Source: Alphaproteobacteria bacterium
GTDB taxonomy: Bacteria; Pseudomonadota; Alphaproteobacteria; SHVV01
Assembly (NCBI GenBank): GCA_965261735.1
Contig: OZ253470.1
Location: 3,552,001-3,616,000, forward strand
Direction of reading: 5' to 3'
DNA length: 64,000 nt
The position numbers were made by a program, and so were the translations under genes. The notes below the pieces were generated by a model. The model was not told the origin of the DNA. It did no database searches and saw only the letters and a program-made list of their open reading frames with translations. This document shows, piece by piece, positions 1-9,608 of the stretch; the first letter of the stretch is position 1; the number at the start of each line of letters is the position of its first letter.

Positions 1-136
1 ACTGCGGCACGGCGGGAGAGCCGTTCCACTTTGAAAACCGCCCTGGCGTCCTGCGCTGCCGCAAGTGCCGCCAGAACACCGGGCTGACGGTGGGAACAGT
101 GATGGAGCGTAGCCACACTCCGCTGAACGTCTGGTT

Positions 137-1530
137 GGTTGTGTCTCGAAAGTGGTGGAAATTGGTTTTGGCGCCTCTCCGAGCGGGTTGAGTTTTGCGG
201 CGGTCAGGCTGCGCGGTCAAGGGTTTCGTCGGCGATTAGCTGATCGAGGGTTTCCCATCCATCGACTTTGCGCATCTGGATTTGGCCGGAAGCGAGGAGT
301 GCCCAGAGGAGCATCGGCACTGTTTCGGGACACGGCAGCACGGTCTGTGTTTTGATCCGGCGCTTGAACTCCTCGTTGAGACGCTCAATGGCGTTGGTCG
401 TTCGGGCTGATTTCCATTGGCTCTTGGACAGGCGCGTGAAGGTAAAGAGCTTGTCGCCCGCTTCTGCGAGGCTGTCCGCGACGGCCCTGCATTTCAGCCG
501 CCACTTGCGGACAAACGCCTTGCGGCGGGTTTCCACCTCGGAGGCAGTGTCGGCATAGATCATATCGCGGTAATCTTCGCTCAGCTCGTCATGCATGTGT
601 TTGGGAGCATGACCCAGAAGGTTGCGGTGCTTGTGCACGGTGCAGCGTTGAACGGGAAGGTCATCGCCCCAAAGCGCCGACAGAGCCGCCTCCAGTCCCG
701 GCGCGCCATCGACGATGACAAACCCGGGCCGTTTCAGTCCACGCGCATCAAGGTCGTCGAGGAACTGGCGCCACGCCGCCTGGCTTTCTCCGCCCATATT
801 CCCGATCGAAAGCAAGACCTTCTGGCCATCCCGGCGCACCCCTATAGCCGCGAGAACCGAGATGTTGGTGGCCTTGCGGTCCAGTCGGGTCTTGATCACA
901 GTGCCGTCAAGGATCAGCCGAACGATATCCTCATCCGCGAGGCCACGGCTGCACCAGGCGTCCCAATCGACCTTCACCTTGCGCCACGCCCGGCTCACAA
1001 CGTCCTTGCTCACAGCACCCCGGAAGAGCCCGAACAGCGCGCGTTTCACCCGCCGCGTGTTGGTTCCGGACAGATACACCGAAGCGATCAGCGCCTCGGC
1101 CTTTCTGGTCAGCCGCTGGTAGCGCGGCAGCGCCCGCGAACGCCATTCCGACGCCCGACCGTCTTCCTCAACGATCCGCGCACGCGGCACGCTCACCCTC
1201 TCGGTCCCGAATGTCCCCGTCAGTTGCCGCTCCCGGTGCCCGTTCCGATACCCTTGCCGAAGCGCGTCCTCTCGACCGTATCGGCAGCGCCCGAGAAACT
1301 GCGCAAGTTCCTCCTCAAAAACGGCCTCGATCGTGGATCTGATGTTCTCCCGCAGCCGGTCCTCGAGCGGATCATAGCCGGCGTCATTGGCCAGTAGCGA
1401 AAGCGCGGAAGTCTCGGTAGTGTTCTTCATGGCGTGATCTCCTTGGCGGTGCTAGCCGCCGATTGGGTGGTTGTCTTGTCACCCGGAGATTACGCCATCC
1501 TCAAATTTCCACCACTTTCGAGACACAGCC
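137..1530 (-). mobile_element. IS256-family element type A
   Basis: 27-bp terminal IRs GG(T/C)TGTGTCTCGAAAGTGGTGGAAATT; 8-bp target duplication GTCTGGTT at 129-136 and 1531-1538. Confidence 0.95.
204..1430 (-). CDS. IS256-family transposase
   Basis: YRNG, LILDG, IVDGAPGL, QRCTVHK, RTTNAIERLNEE motifs of Mutator/IS256 DDE transposases. Confidence 0.95.
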   Translation of the reverse strand: MKNTTETSALSLLANDAGYDPLEDRLRENIRSTIEAVFEEELAQFLGRCRYGREDALRQGYRNGHRERQLTGTFGTERVSVPRARIVEEDGRASEWRSRALPRYQRLTRKAEALIASVYLSGTNTRRVKRALFGLFRGAVSKDVVSRAWRKVKVDWDAWCSRGLADEDIVRLILDGTVIKTRLDRKATNISVLAAIGVRRDGQKVLLSIGNMGGESQAAWRQFLDDLDARGLKRPGFVIVDGAPGLEAALSALWGDDLPVQRCTVHKHRNLLGHAPKHMHDELSEDYRDMIYADTASEVETRRKAFVRKWRLKCRAVADSLAEAGDKLFTFTRLSKSQWKSARTTNAIERLNEEFKRRIKTQTVLPCPETVPMLLWALLASGQIQMRKVDGWETLDQLIADETLDRAA

Positions 1531-1931
1531 GTCTGGTTCTGGGCCGCTTATCTGGTCGCCAGTCAGACGCCCGGCATGTCCGCCGTGCAGTTTCAGCGGT
1601 AACTTGGTCTTTCGCGCTACGAGACGGCCTTTCAAATTCTCCACAAGCTCCGCTCGGGCATGGTGCGGCCCAACCAAGACAGGATCGGTGGACAGCCCAA
1701 GAACCATGTTGAGGTGGACGAAACCTGGGTTGGCGGGCGAACGCGTGGGGAAGGCCGTGGTGTTCACCACAAGGTTCCCGTCTCCTGTGCCATCGAGGTG
1801 CGTCATCGAAAGCCGGGCACCAAGCTCGACAACCGGAAAGACGGACGCTATGCCGGACGCGTTCGGCTCGCCGTCGTGCTCGACCGTAGCGCCGAGTCGC
1901 TCTGTGGGTTCGTCGAGAGCACCGTCGCGCC

Positions 1932-1992
1932 GCGGTAGAGCAGCTGATTTGTAATCAGCAGGTCGGGAGTTCGAATCCCCCATCCGGCACCA
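1932..1992 (+). pseudogene. 5'-truncated tRNA-Thr(TGT), possible att remnant
   Basis: GGTAGAGC D-arm, GCTGA-TT-TGT-AA-TCAGC anticodon arm, GTTCGAATC T-loop, ends TCCGGCACCA; 5' acceptor strand replaced by IS1595 sequence; A-C mismatch in T-stem. Confidence 0.85.
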
Positions 1993-2387
1993 CTTTTTCA
2001 ATGAGTTAGTAGACGACCAGCGGATCGGACGCAGTTTGAGTGACCATAGAGTGACCGCGCCAACCGATTTGAAGGGGTTCTGAGGCAGGGAATCAGGCGA
2101 TAGAGCCTCCCGCTCGACGACCGCCCGGGCCGAGGTCGGCGGCCGCCCCTCGCTCACGCTGGTGCCGGCGCGGACCTAACCCGCTAGAGCGGACATCGGC
2201 GCTCGAGAGTAGGCTTTCTGTGGTCGAGCGGTCGTACCGGCGACCTGTCGGAACTTCGGCGTAGCACTGTGATGTTTCATGCACCCAAAACCACCACCGA
2301 ATCTGCGACGCGGCCGCTTGATTCGGGGTTAGAAATCGCGGGCGCCGCCCCGAACTAGCCATCGACACAAGCGTTGTCCTTCGCGGG

Positions 2388-3500
2388 TCAACGGGTGCTT
2401 GCCGGTATCTCGACCCGAAACAGCGCCTCCGCGTTGCGGATCGTGGCGGCTTCGACGGCGCCGGCGTCGAGGTGCGAGAAGATGCGCTCGATCACGTCGT
2501 GGGAGCGGCCGAAGGTGTTGCGGATATGCGGGAAGTCGGAGCCCCACAGCAGCCGCTCCGGTGCGACGATGCCGGCGACGTGAGCAACGTAGGGGTCATC
2601 GATCACGCCGAAATAGACATGATCGAGATAGTCGCGCGCGGCACGCTTCGGCGGCGCCAGGCGAAAGTGCGGGCCGAAGCTCTTTTCGAGCTGCTCGACC
2701 CGAAAGAGCCAATAGGGTACCCACGATACCTCGTACTCGCCAACCACCAGCTTTAGTTCGGGAAAGCGGTCGAGGATGCCGCCGAAGATAAAGTCGTTGG
2801 CGAGGACGAGGCCGATGTCGTGCGAGGTGTCGAGCTGCAGTCGCGCGACCTCGCCGAGGCGGTCGTCGGGCAGGACCGAGGGGTCCTTCCGGTTGCCGGT
2901 GAGAATATGGAGCTGGACCGGCATGCCGATCTCCTGCGCGCGCGCCCAGAACGGGTCGTAGCGGCGGTCGTAATAGGGCGGCCACTCGGGCCGAGTTTCG
3001 CCATTGATCATGACGCAGCGCATGTCGCGGCGGGCGGCACGTTCGAGCTCGCGTATGGCCCAGTCGACGTCCTCCATGTGAACGAGTGCGATGCCCAGCA
3101 GGCGTTGGGGCGCGTGGCTGCAGAACTCCGCCAGCCAGTCGTTGTAGACCGAAAAACAGTCGCGGATCATGGCCGTGTTGCTGGAGGGATAGATGAACAG
3201 GCCGAAGGTCGGGCCCAACACCTCGGCCTGGACGCCGTCCTCGTCCATCAGGCGGACGCGATCGGCCGGCTCCATGGCGGCGTAATTGAGCTCGTCGTTG
3301 CTGGCTTCCTCGATCAGGGCGTCGGGATCGACATCACGCAGATAGTCATCGCCGGTAAAGATGTAGCGCCCGGGCACGCCCGCACGCTCGTCGACCACGC
3401 GCGGAATCGCCTCGCCGTACTTATTGGCGAGGGCGCGCTCGAAAATGTCGTCCGGCTCGATCACGTGCGAGTCGGCGGAGATCACTCGCTGCTGCGCCAT
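2388..3500 (-). CDS. Amidohydrolase_2 family protein (hydrolase/decarboxylase)
   Basis: ISADSHV, YNDWLAEFC, YDPFWARAQE, LHI, LWGSDFPH motifs; start placed at ATG 3500. Confidence 0.88.
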   Translation of the reverse strand: MAQQRVISADSHVIEPDDIFERALANKYGEAIPRVVDERAGVPGRYIFTGDDYLRDVDPDALIEEASNDELNYAAMEPADRVRLMDEDGVQAEVLGPTFGLFIYPSSNTAMIRDCFSVYNDWLAEFCSHAPQRLLGIALVHMEDVDWAIRELERAARRDMRCVMINGETRPEWPPYYDRRYDPFWARAQEIGMPVQLHILTGNRKDPSVLPDDRLGEVARLQLDTSHDIGLVLANDFIFGGILDRFPELKLVVGEYEVSWVPYWLFRVEQLEKSFGPHFRLAPPKRAARDYLDHVYFGVIDDPYVAHVAGIVAPERLLWGSDFPHIRNTFGRSHDVIERIFSHLDAGAVEAATIRNAEALFRVEIPASTR

Positions 3501-3571
3501 CGACCCTGTCCCAGGCACCATCATTCGAGCCCAGGCGGGGTCCCCAGCGGGACCCCGCCCATGCCGTGCGC

Positions 3572-4591
3572 TCAATTAGGCAGGTACTTGTTGGTAAAGT
3601 AGTTGGCCGGCTCGTCGCCGACGGTGATCAACTTAGCCTTCAGCGCCCAATCCATGGCCGCTTTCCAGACCGAGGCCTCCTGCTCGTAGAACTTGCCGTT
3701 CGGGCCCTTCCAATCGGGCAGCGTGACATCGGTGAAGCTGGAGTGGTCGGCGAGCGTGAACACCTCGTTGCGTTTGGCGAAAATCTTGTTGTACACGTCG
3801 CGGTTCTGCTCGAACTCGGCATAACCCTTCTTGGTGGCACGCAGGAAGCGGCAGGTCGTGGCCGAGTTCCTCTCAATCCAATTCTCATTGGCGACGAACA
3901 TCATGAAGTAGAAGTTGGGAACGCCGTAGTCGCTGTAGAGCCAGAAATCCACCGGCGGCTTCCCTTGCTCCTTGCGCTTGGCGTTGACCGCGGCCGGCTC
4001 GCCGTAGACCAACCCGTGCCCGGTATCGACCTTGCCCTCGACCACCAACTGGACGACGCCGAAGCCGGGATCGACCATGTTGACGTCTTCCTTGGTCAAG
4101 CCGCCGGTCTCCAGCATCGTCGCGAATGCCGCCTGCGATGCCGGCAAGGGACCGATGGCGATGTTCTTGCCTTTGAGGTCGGCGACCGTCTTTATGCCGG
4201 ATTCGGGCGGGATCATCATGCCTTGTGCGTAGGGGTAGAGGATAATACCGACCGAGACCACGGGAATGCCGGTATCGCGGGCATTCATGACCTCGGGCAC
4301 GTAGCTCATGGCGAAGTGGGCGCGTTCGCGCGCGACAAGCTTGATCGGATCGGCGACCTGCGCCGGGGCGATGAGCCTGACGGTGAACCCTTCGGCCTTG
4401 TAGTAGCCCTTCTCCTGCGCGGCGATGATCGGTCCTTGCGAGGACCAGGGCAGCCAGTCGCCCATCACCGTGATGGCCGACATCTCGGCCGGCGGGCCAC
4501 ACGTGTCGGCCTGCTGCGCCCTCGCCGAAGTGGCCGAGAGCCCGATGACGAGCGCGGAAGCGGCTACAAAGATCGTTCTTGTCGTCAGCAT
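3572..4591 (-). CDS. ABC transporter substrate-binding protein, NMT1/THI5-like
   Basis: Signal peptide; DWLP..AQEKGYYKAEG, GIKTVADLKGK, FTNKYLP motifs. Confidence 0.85.
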   Translation of the reverse strand: MLTTRTIFVAASALVIGLSATSARAQQADTCGPPAEMSAITVMGDWLPWSSQGPIIAAQEKGYYKAEGFTVRLIAPAQVADPIKLVARERAHFAMSYVPEVMNARDTGIPVVSVGIILYPYAQGMMIPPESGIKTVADLKGKNIAIGPLPASQAAFATMLETGGLTKEDVNMVDPGFGVVQLVVEGKVDTGHGLVYGEPAAVNAKRKEQGKPPVDFWLYSDYGVPNFYFMMFVANENWIERNSATTCRFLRATKKGYAEFEQNRDVYNKIFAKRNEVFTLADHSSFTDVTLPDWKGPNGKFYEQEASVWKAAMDWALKAKLITVGDEPANYFTNKYLPN

Positions 4592-4669
4592 GCTTGGTCT
4601 CCCTTGCTATTGGCCGGTTGGTCGTCGTTCAGTCCACCGACGTGATTGGTGCTCGATTTTACAGTCTTC

Positions 4670-5170
4670 CTAGAGCGGCGTCGAAATGTTGTTGGTCACC
4701 GAGAAGGTGTCGGCGATGACGATCTTTTCCTTGAACTTGGGCGCGCCGTCCACGAACACGACCTTGTCCTCGTAGCGGCCGGCGCTGAAGAGTTGCGTGG
4801 TCCCTTCGAGAATGTCAGTCACGTGAACGACGTAGTTGGCGGCAACGAGGTGCGCGCCATCCTGCTCGCCGACAACGCGAACGTTGCCGATCAAGTGGCG
4901 GTCGAGCCGCCGGGTGTAGACGAGCGCTTCACGCAACAGCACGACGCGGTCGCGGAGCTGGGCCTTGCTGCTGCACGATATCAGCGCCACCGGCAAGCCG
5001 CGGTCGGCGTTCTCGCGCGGGATGATCTTGTAGACACCGTCCTCGACGAAGAGATCAGGCCACTCCTCGAGGCGGTCCCCGTCCAGGCAGCGGCCGTACG
5101 CGCTCTCGAGATCGACGATCCGTTGGTTCAGCAGGAGATGCGCGACCTGTTGCTCGACGTCGCCGCTCAT
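4670..5170 (-). CDS. Ring-hydroxylating oxygenase beta subunit (NagH/AndAd-like) 1
   Basis: LEEWPDLF..YKIIPREN, LRDRV, GRYEDKV; ATG 5170 overlaps the alpha-subunit stop (ATGA). Confidence 0.9.
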   Translation of the reverse strand: MSGDVEQQVAHLLLNQRIVDLESAYGRCLDGDRLEEWPDLFVEDGVYKIIPRENADRGLPVALISCSSKAQLRDRVVLLREALVYTRRLDRHLIGNVRVVGEQDGAHLVAANYVVHVTDILEGTTQLFSAGRYEDKVVFVDGAPKFKEKIVIADTFSVTNNISTPL

Positions 5171-6435
5171 GCCGCCTCGCCCGCGACCTCGATACCCATC
5201 AGCTTGCAGTAATAGCGCCAGAAGCCGCGCACCGGCACCTCGGTGACGATATGGTCGTCGCTGACGATGGGGCCGAGGCCGCCCATCTCGATCACCGTGT
5301 GGCGGTCGGCCTGGCGGCGGATGCCCTTCTGGATCAGCACCGGCGCCTCGCCGTCCTCCATGTTGATGAATCCCGCCGGGCCACGCAGGTTGGCCTGCCA
5401 AAGGCGCATGGCGCGCAGTTCCGGATCGTCGTCGGTGTAGCCGAAGTGGGTGTAGTGGAGCTCGAATTCGTCGGGCCCGCTCGTGCGCACCTGTTCGGTC
5501 ATGAGCACGTTGTTCATTTGCGAGAACAGCACGTTGGGAAAGATCGACAGCCCTTCCAGAACGCGGCCGTCGCCGACTTCGTCGCGCCAGTCGAGGAACG
5601 AGGGGTCCTCCAGCTTGAGCGGGTGCTCGATCTGCGCCTCGCGCTCGGTGCCGGCGTAGCCCTCGGCGATGAGCTCGGGCGTGTCGGTATCGACCACCGC
5701 GTAGTAATGGTTGTGGCGCGCCTCGGCATCGAGGCTCATCGCCCCTTCCTGGGTCAGCCGGTGGATGCCGTAGGCCAGCGGCAGCAGGTGCAGTAGGCCG
5801 CCGTGGTAACCGTCGTTCACGTTCTCGCGGTAGAGCTTCCAGTTGCAGATCAGGCGCTGGCGCATGTATCCGAGAATCTCGATCGGCTTGCGGAACTTGC
5901 GATCGAGCGCAGCCAGCGCGGTCTCGCCGAGGAAATCCTCGAGGCTCTCCGCGTTACGGTCGAAGGTCGCGAAAACCACGCCGCGGTAGGTCGCGACCTC
6001 CAGGGTGCGCAAGCCGTGCTGGCCCTTGTCGAAGCTGTCGGGCATGCCGCCCTTGCCGTCGACCCCGCGCTGGAAGGGCACGCCGATCAATCGCCCGCGC
6101 AGGTCGTAGCACCAGTGGTGATAGATGCAGGTGTGGGTGGCCCGATTGCCGAAGGGCTCGCGCACCACCATCGAGCCGCGATGGGCGCAGCTGTTGACGA
6201 AGGCGTGAATGGAGCCGTCCTCGGCGCGGTTGACGGCCACCGGCGTATCGCCGACGTAGGTGGTCTTAAAGTCGCCGGAGTTGGGGATCTCGGCATCGAG
6301 GGCCAGGAAGTTCCACACCGGGCCGTGAAAGATGCGCTCCTGCTCGCGCTCATAGACGTCCTGGCTCAGATACACGCCGTAAGGCACGCGGCTGAAGTCG
6401 GATGCCGGCCAAGTCAGGTCGCTCCATGTCTGCAT
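5167..6435 (-). CDS. Rieske ring-hydroxylating oxygenase alpha subunit 1 (salicylate/anthranilate/terephthalate group)
   Basis: CAHRG..CIYHHW Rieske ligands; ENVNDGYHGGLLH iron site; MEDGEA; RGFWRYY. Confidence 0.92.
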   Translation of the reverse strand: MQTWSDLTWPASDFSRVPYGVYLSQDVYEREQERIFHGPVWNFLALDAEIPNSGDFKTTYVGDTPVAVNRAEDGSIHAFVNSCAHRGSMVVREPFGNRATHTCIYHHWCYDLRGRLIGVPFQRGVDGKGGMPDSFDKGQHGLRTLEVATYRGVVFATFDRNAESLEDFLGETALAALDRKFRKPIEILGYMRQRLICNWKLYRENVNDGYHGGLLHLLPLAYGIHRLTQEGAMSLDAEARHNHYYAVVDTDTPELIAEGYAGTEREAQIEHPLKLEDPSFLDWRDEVGDGRVLEGLSIFPNVLFSQMNNVLMTEQVRTSGPDEFELHYTHFGYTDDDPELRAMRLWQANLRGPAGFINMEDGEAPVLIQKGIRRQADRHTVIEMGGLGPIVSDDHIVTEVPVRGFWRYYCKLMGIEVAGEAA

Positions 6436-6452
6436 GCTGACCGCTCCTCAAG

Positions 6453-6941
6453 CTACAGTGGCGAAGAAATGTGGTTGGCCACGGAAAATGTATCCAGCAC
6501 CACGAGCTTTTCCTTGAACTTGGGTTCATCCGCGACGAAGACGACTTTGTCGGCATAGCGGCCGGTGCTGAACATTTGCGTCGTGCCGTCGAGCAGATCG
6601 GTCACGTACACGGCGTAGTTGGCATCCACCTGATAGACCCCGTCCTCGGCAGCTGCGACGTGCACGTCGGTAACGATATGACGGTTGAGCCGCAGCGTGA
6701 AAACCGTGGCGCTGCGCAGGATGAGCACGCGATCGCGCAGTTGTTCCTTTCGGTCGCAGTCGATGACCGCGAGTGGCAAGCCATAGTCAGCGTTCTCGCG
6801 CGGCACGACACGATAGGTGCAGTCGTCGGCGAAAAAATCGGGCCACGCCTCCAGCCGGTCCTCGTCGATACACTGGGCGTAGGCGAATTCGAGATCGGCG
6901 ATGCGCTGCGCCGCAACGAGCCCTGCGAGCGCGTCGCTCAC
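6453..6941 (-). CDS. Ring-hydroxylating oxygenase beta subunit 2
   Basis: Paralog of 4670-5170; GTG 6941 overlaps the alpha-2 stop (GTGA). Confidence 0.9.
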   Translation of the reverse strand: MSDALAGLVAAQRIADLEFAYAQCIDEDRLEAWPDFFADDCTYRVVPRENADYGLPLAVIDCDRKEQLRDRVLILRSATVFTLRLNRHIVTDVHVAAAEDGVYQVDANYAVYVTDLLDGTTQMFSTGRYADKVVFVADEPKFKEKLVVLDTFSVANHISSPL

Positions 6942-8212
6942 GCCGCCGGCCGCCTCGCCTGAGTGCGGAACCCCATAAGATCGCAGTAGTGGCGCCAGAA
7001 GCCGCGCACCGGCACCTCGGTAGTGATGTAGTCCTGGTCCGCAATAGCGCCGGTACCGCCCATCTCGATGACCGTATGGGCGTTGGGACTGCCGCGCATG
7101 CCGCGCTGGATGAGAACCCCGGATTCGCCGTCCTCGATGGAGATGATCCCGCCGGGGCCAAGCATACCCATCTGCACCAGGCGCATGCGGCGCAACTCTG
7201 GATCGTCGTCGGCGTACCCAAAGAACGTCCAGTACACCTCGAACTCGTCGGCACTTGTGGTGCGAATCTGCCGCGTCGCCATGGTGTTGGAGAACTGGTG
7301 CACGAGGAGATTGGGAAACACGGCGAGCACCATCACAGAGCGGCCATCCCCGATCTCGTCGCGCCAGTCGATGATCGCGGTGTCGGCAAGCTTGAGCGGG
7401 CTCGCGATCTTGGCGCCGTGGACGACCTCGCCGTAGCCCTCGGCCGCAGCCTCCGGCGTATCGGTATCGATCACGACGTGGTCGACGTGGTGGCGGCCGC
7501 GCTTGTCGAACACCATGCCCGCCTCGTGGGTCAACCGGTGAATGCCGAAGATGACCGGCAGCTGGTGGAGGAGTCCCGAGTGGTAGCCGTCGGCGACATT
7601 CTCCCAATAGGCCTTCCAGTTCGACGGCAGGCGCTGGCGCACGTGGCCGAGCACCTCGATCGGCTTGGACAGATAGCGGTCGAGAAAGTCGAGCACGGGC
7701 CGATCGAGGTACTCCTCGAGCGGCTCGACGTCGGCGTCGAACGAGCCGAAGACGAGGCCGCGGTAACTCGCCGTCTTCAGCGTCCGCAACCCGTGCCGCG
7801 CCCGATCGAAGCTCTCGGGCATGCCGCCGTGGCCGCCAACGCCGCGCTGGAACGGGACGCCTATCAGGTTGCCCTTCGGATCGAAGCACCAGTGGTGATA
7901 GATGCAGGTGTGGCTCGCGGCGTTGCCGCAGGGTTCGCGCACCAGCCTCGTGCCCTTGTGCGAGCAGCTGTTGAGGAAGGCGCAGACGGAGCCGTCCTCG
8001 GCGCGGGTCACCACCACGGGTGCATCACCGACGAAGACGCACTTGAAGTCCCCGGGCAGCGGGACCTCCGCCTCGAAAGCGAGAAAACACCACACCGGCC
8101 CTTGAAAGATGCGCGCCTGCTCGCGTTCGTAGACCCCTTGATCGAGGAACACGGGGTACGGCACGCGGCTGAAGTCGGCGGCCGGCCAGATCAGGCTATC
8201 CGGATCGTTCAT
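6938..8212 (-). CDS. Rieske ring-hydroxylating oxygenase alpha subunit 2
   Basis: CSHKG..CIYHHW; ENVADGYHSGLLH; paralog of 5167-6435; start placed at ATG 8212. Confidence 0.92.
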   Translation of the reverse strand: MNDPDSLIWPAADFSRVPYPVFLDQGVYEREQARIFQGPVWCFLAFEAEVPLPGDFKCVFVGDAPVVVTRAEDGSVCAFLNSCSHKGTRLVREPCGNAASHTCIYHHWCFDPKGNLIGVPFQRGVGGHGGMPESFDRARHGLRTLKTASYRGLVFGSFDADVEPLEEYLDRPVLDFLDRYLSKPIEVLGHVRQRLPSNWKAYWENVADGYHSGLLHQLPVIFGIHRLTHEAGMVFDKRGRHHVDHVVIDTDTPEAAAEGYGEVVHGAKIASPLKLADTAIIDWRDEIGDGRSVMVLAVFPNLLVHQFSNTMATRQIRTTSADEFEVYWTFFGYADDDPELRRMRLVQMGMLGPGGIISIEDGESGVLIQRGMRGSPNAHTVIEMGGTGAIADQDYITTEVPVRGFWRHYCDLMGFRTQARRPAA

Positions 8213-8359
8213 GGCCTTGTCCGGCGGCGGAGCCAACGCCGGCTGCTGATTGAAGGATCGCGTTCCTCTTGGACCGAGTAGGCTAGCTTCCTCGCCCATC
8301 GCGGCGTTTGCCCTCCGAGCGCGTAACCTAATACAGGCACCGACAAAAGCCTGCCGCGC

Positions 8360-9532
8360 TCAAGAGCTTTGGTAGCGGTCGCCGTTGAGCGACTGCCACA
8401 CCAGGTTGTCAAAATGATGGGTGCCATGTTCGCTGCGCCACGAGTTCTCGGCGTCAACCATCAACCGCCCCTGGGTGTAGCCCAAAGCCTTGACGCCGAG
8501 GGCTTGGCGTTCGATTGCAGCGCGGTCCTGTGGGAACACGACCTCGTTGTAGTTGTCGAACTGGGCCTGATCGTGTGCGGTGGGCTGCTCGTGCTGGCAC
8601 AAATTGATCACGTGACGCTCGCAGGTCTCGGGCGAGATCGACATCGCGCGCAAAATCATGAAGTTCGGCGGGCCCTGCTCGGCAGTGAACACCATATTGG
8701 GCCACAGATACCAGATGTAGATGTCGATGATCTCGGCATCACCGAAACCGTAAGGCAGCTTGTCCTTGTGGTTTTCGATCAGGTCGCGGTTGCCGATGAT
8801 GCGGTGCTCCTGCCAGAACTCCTCCTCATGGGACTCCCAGCTCGTGGTGAGCGAGGCGTCGGACGTGGCCATTTGCTGCGGATGTATCACCGGGCAGTGG
8901 TAGCACTCCATACCATCGAGGATGAACTTCCAGTTCGCCTTGACGGGAAACGTCTTGCGCTGGGCGAAATGGAGATCGTCGAAGCGCGGGATGACGGCGC
9001 GGAAGCGTTCGAGCAGCCCGCCGGCCTGGCTCGCCAGCGACGGCGCCGCGCGATCGAGGTTGACGTAGACCATCGGTCCGAAGGCCTCGACCTGAATCTC
9101 ACTCAAGCAGAAATCTTCCAATCGAAAACCGGCAACATTCTCGGCGTTTCCGGCTGCCTTCAGGTTGCCGTGACCATCGTAGGTCCAGGCGTGGAAGGGG
9201 CACGTGATCATGCGCGCGTTGCCCTTGCCCTCGAGCAGGATGTGGCCGCGGTGCATGCACACGTTGTAGAAGGCGCGGAGTTCACCTGAGGCGGCGCGGA
9301 TGACGAAGACGGGCTGATCGAGAATGTTTGCGGCGATATAATCACCGGGCGCCGTGAGGTCGCCGAGATAACCTACGTACTGCCAGGTTTTGCACCAGAT
9401 CTCATCCTTCTCGGCGGCGAAGACATCGGGATCGTAGTAGTAGTACGCGGGCAAGGTCGCCGAGTGTCGCGCGTCGGCGTTGAATCTCGACTTAAATCCG
9501 TCGGATTCTTGGGCCAGCGGTGCTTTCCGCAC
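8360..9532 (-). CDS. Rieske oxygenase alpha subunit, carnitine/choline monooxygenase (CntA/YeaW)-like group
   Basis: CMHRGH..CPFHAW; NWK..ECYHC..H with Glu at the bridging position; QGRLMVD..SEHGTHHF C-terminus. Confidence 0.8.
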   Translation of the reverse strand: MRKAPLAQESDGFKSRFNADARHSATLPAYYYYDPDVFAAEKDEIWCKTWQYVGYLGDLTAPGDYIAANILDQPVFVIRAASGELRAFYNVCMHRGHILLEGKGNARMITCPFHAWTYDGHGNLKAAGNAENVAGFRLEDFCLSEIQVEAFGPMVYVNLDRAAPSLASQAGGLLERFRAVIPRFDDLHFAQRKTFPVKANWKFILDGMECYHCPVIHPQQMATSDASLTTSWESHEEEFWQEHRIIGNRDLIENHKDKLPYGFGDAEIIDIYIWYLWPNMVFTAEQGPPNFMILRAMSISPETCERHVINLCQHEQPTAHDQAQFDNYNEVVFPQDRAAIERQALGVKALGYTQGRLMVDAENSWRSEHGTHHFDNLVWQSLNGDRYQSS

Positions 9533-9608
9533 GTCCGCGCCTCCTCAGCGTCATCACGCCGCTTAGTGTTGCTGGCGCAGATCGGTGGGTCAAGCCAGCG
9601 ATTGCCGG

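Larger units (their letters stand above)
1..1934 (+). mobile_element. IS1595-family element type A, disrupted copy (interrupted by IS256 at 137-1530, nonsense mutation, 3' truncated)
   Basis: Near-identical to the intact copy at 55040-56144; CAA>TAA at about 1600; identity stops at about 1934 where tRNA sequence begins. Confidence 0.92.

Noticed and set aside
1932-1992. Functional tRNA-Thr
   Set aside because: The 5' acceptor strand and half the D-stem are missing
4670-7889. Long versions of the beta subunits (243 aa and 478 aa)
   Set aside because: Extensions overlap the alpha genes; real starts are the coupled ATG 5170 and GTG 6941
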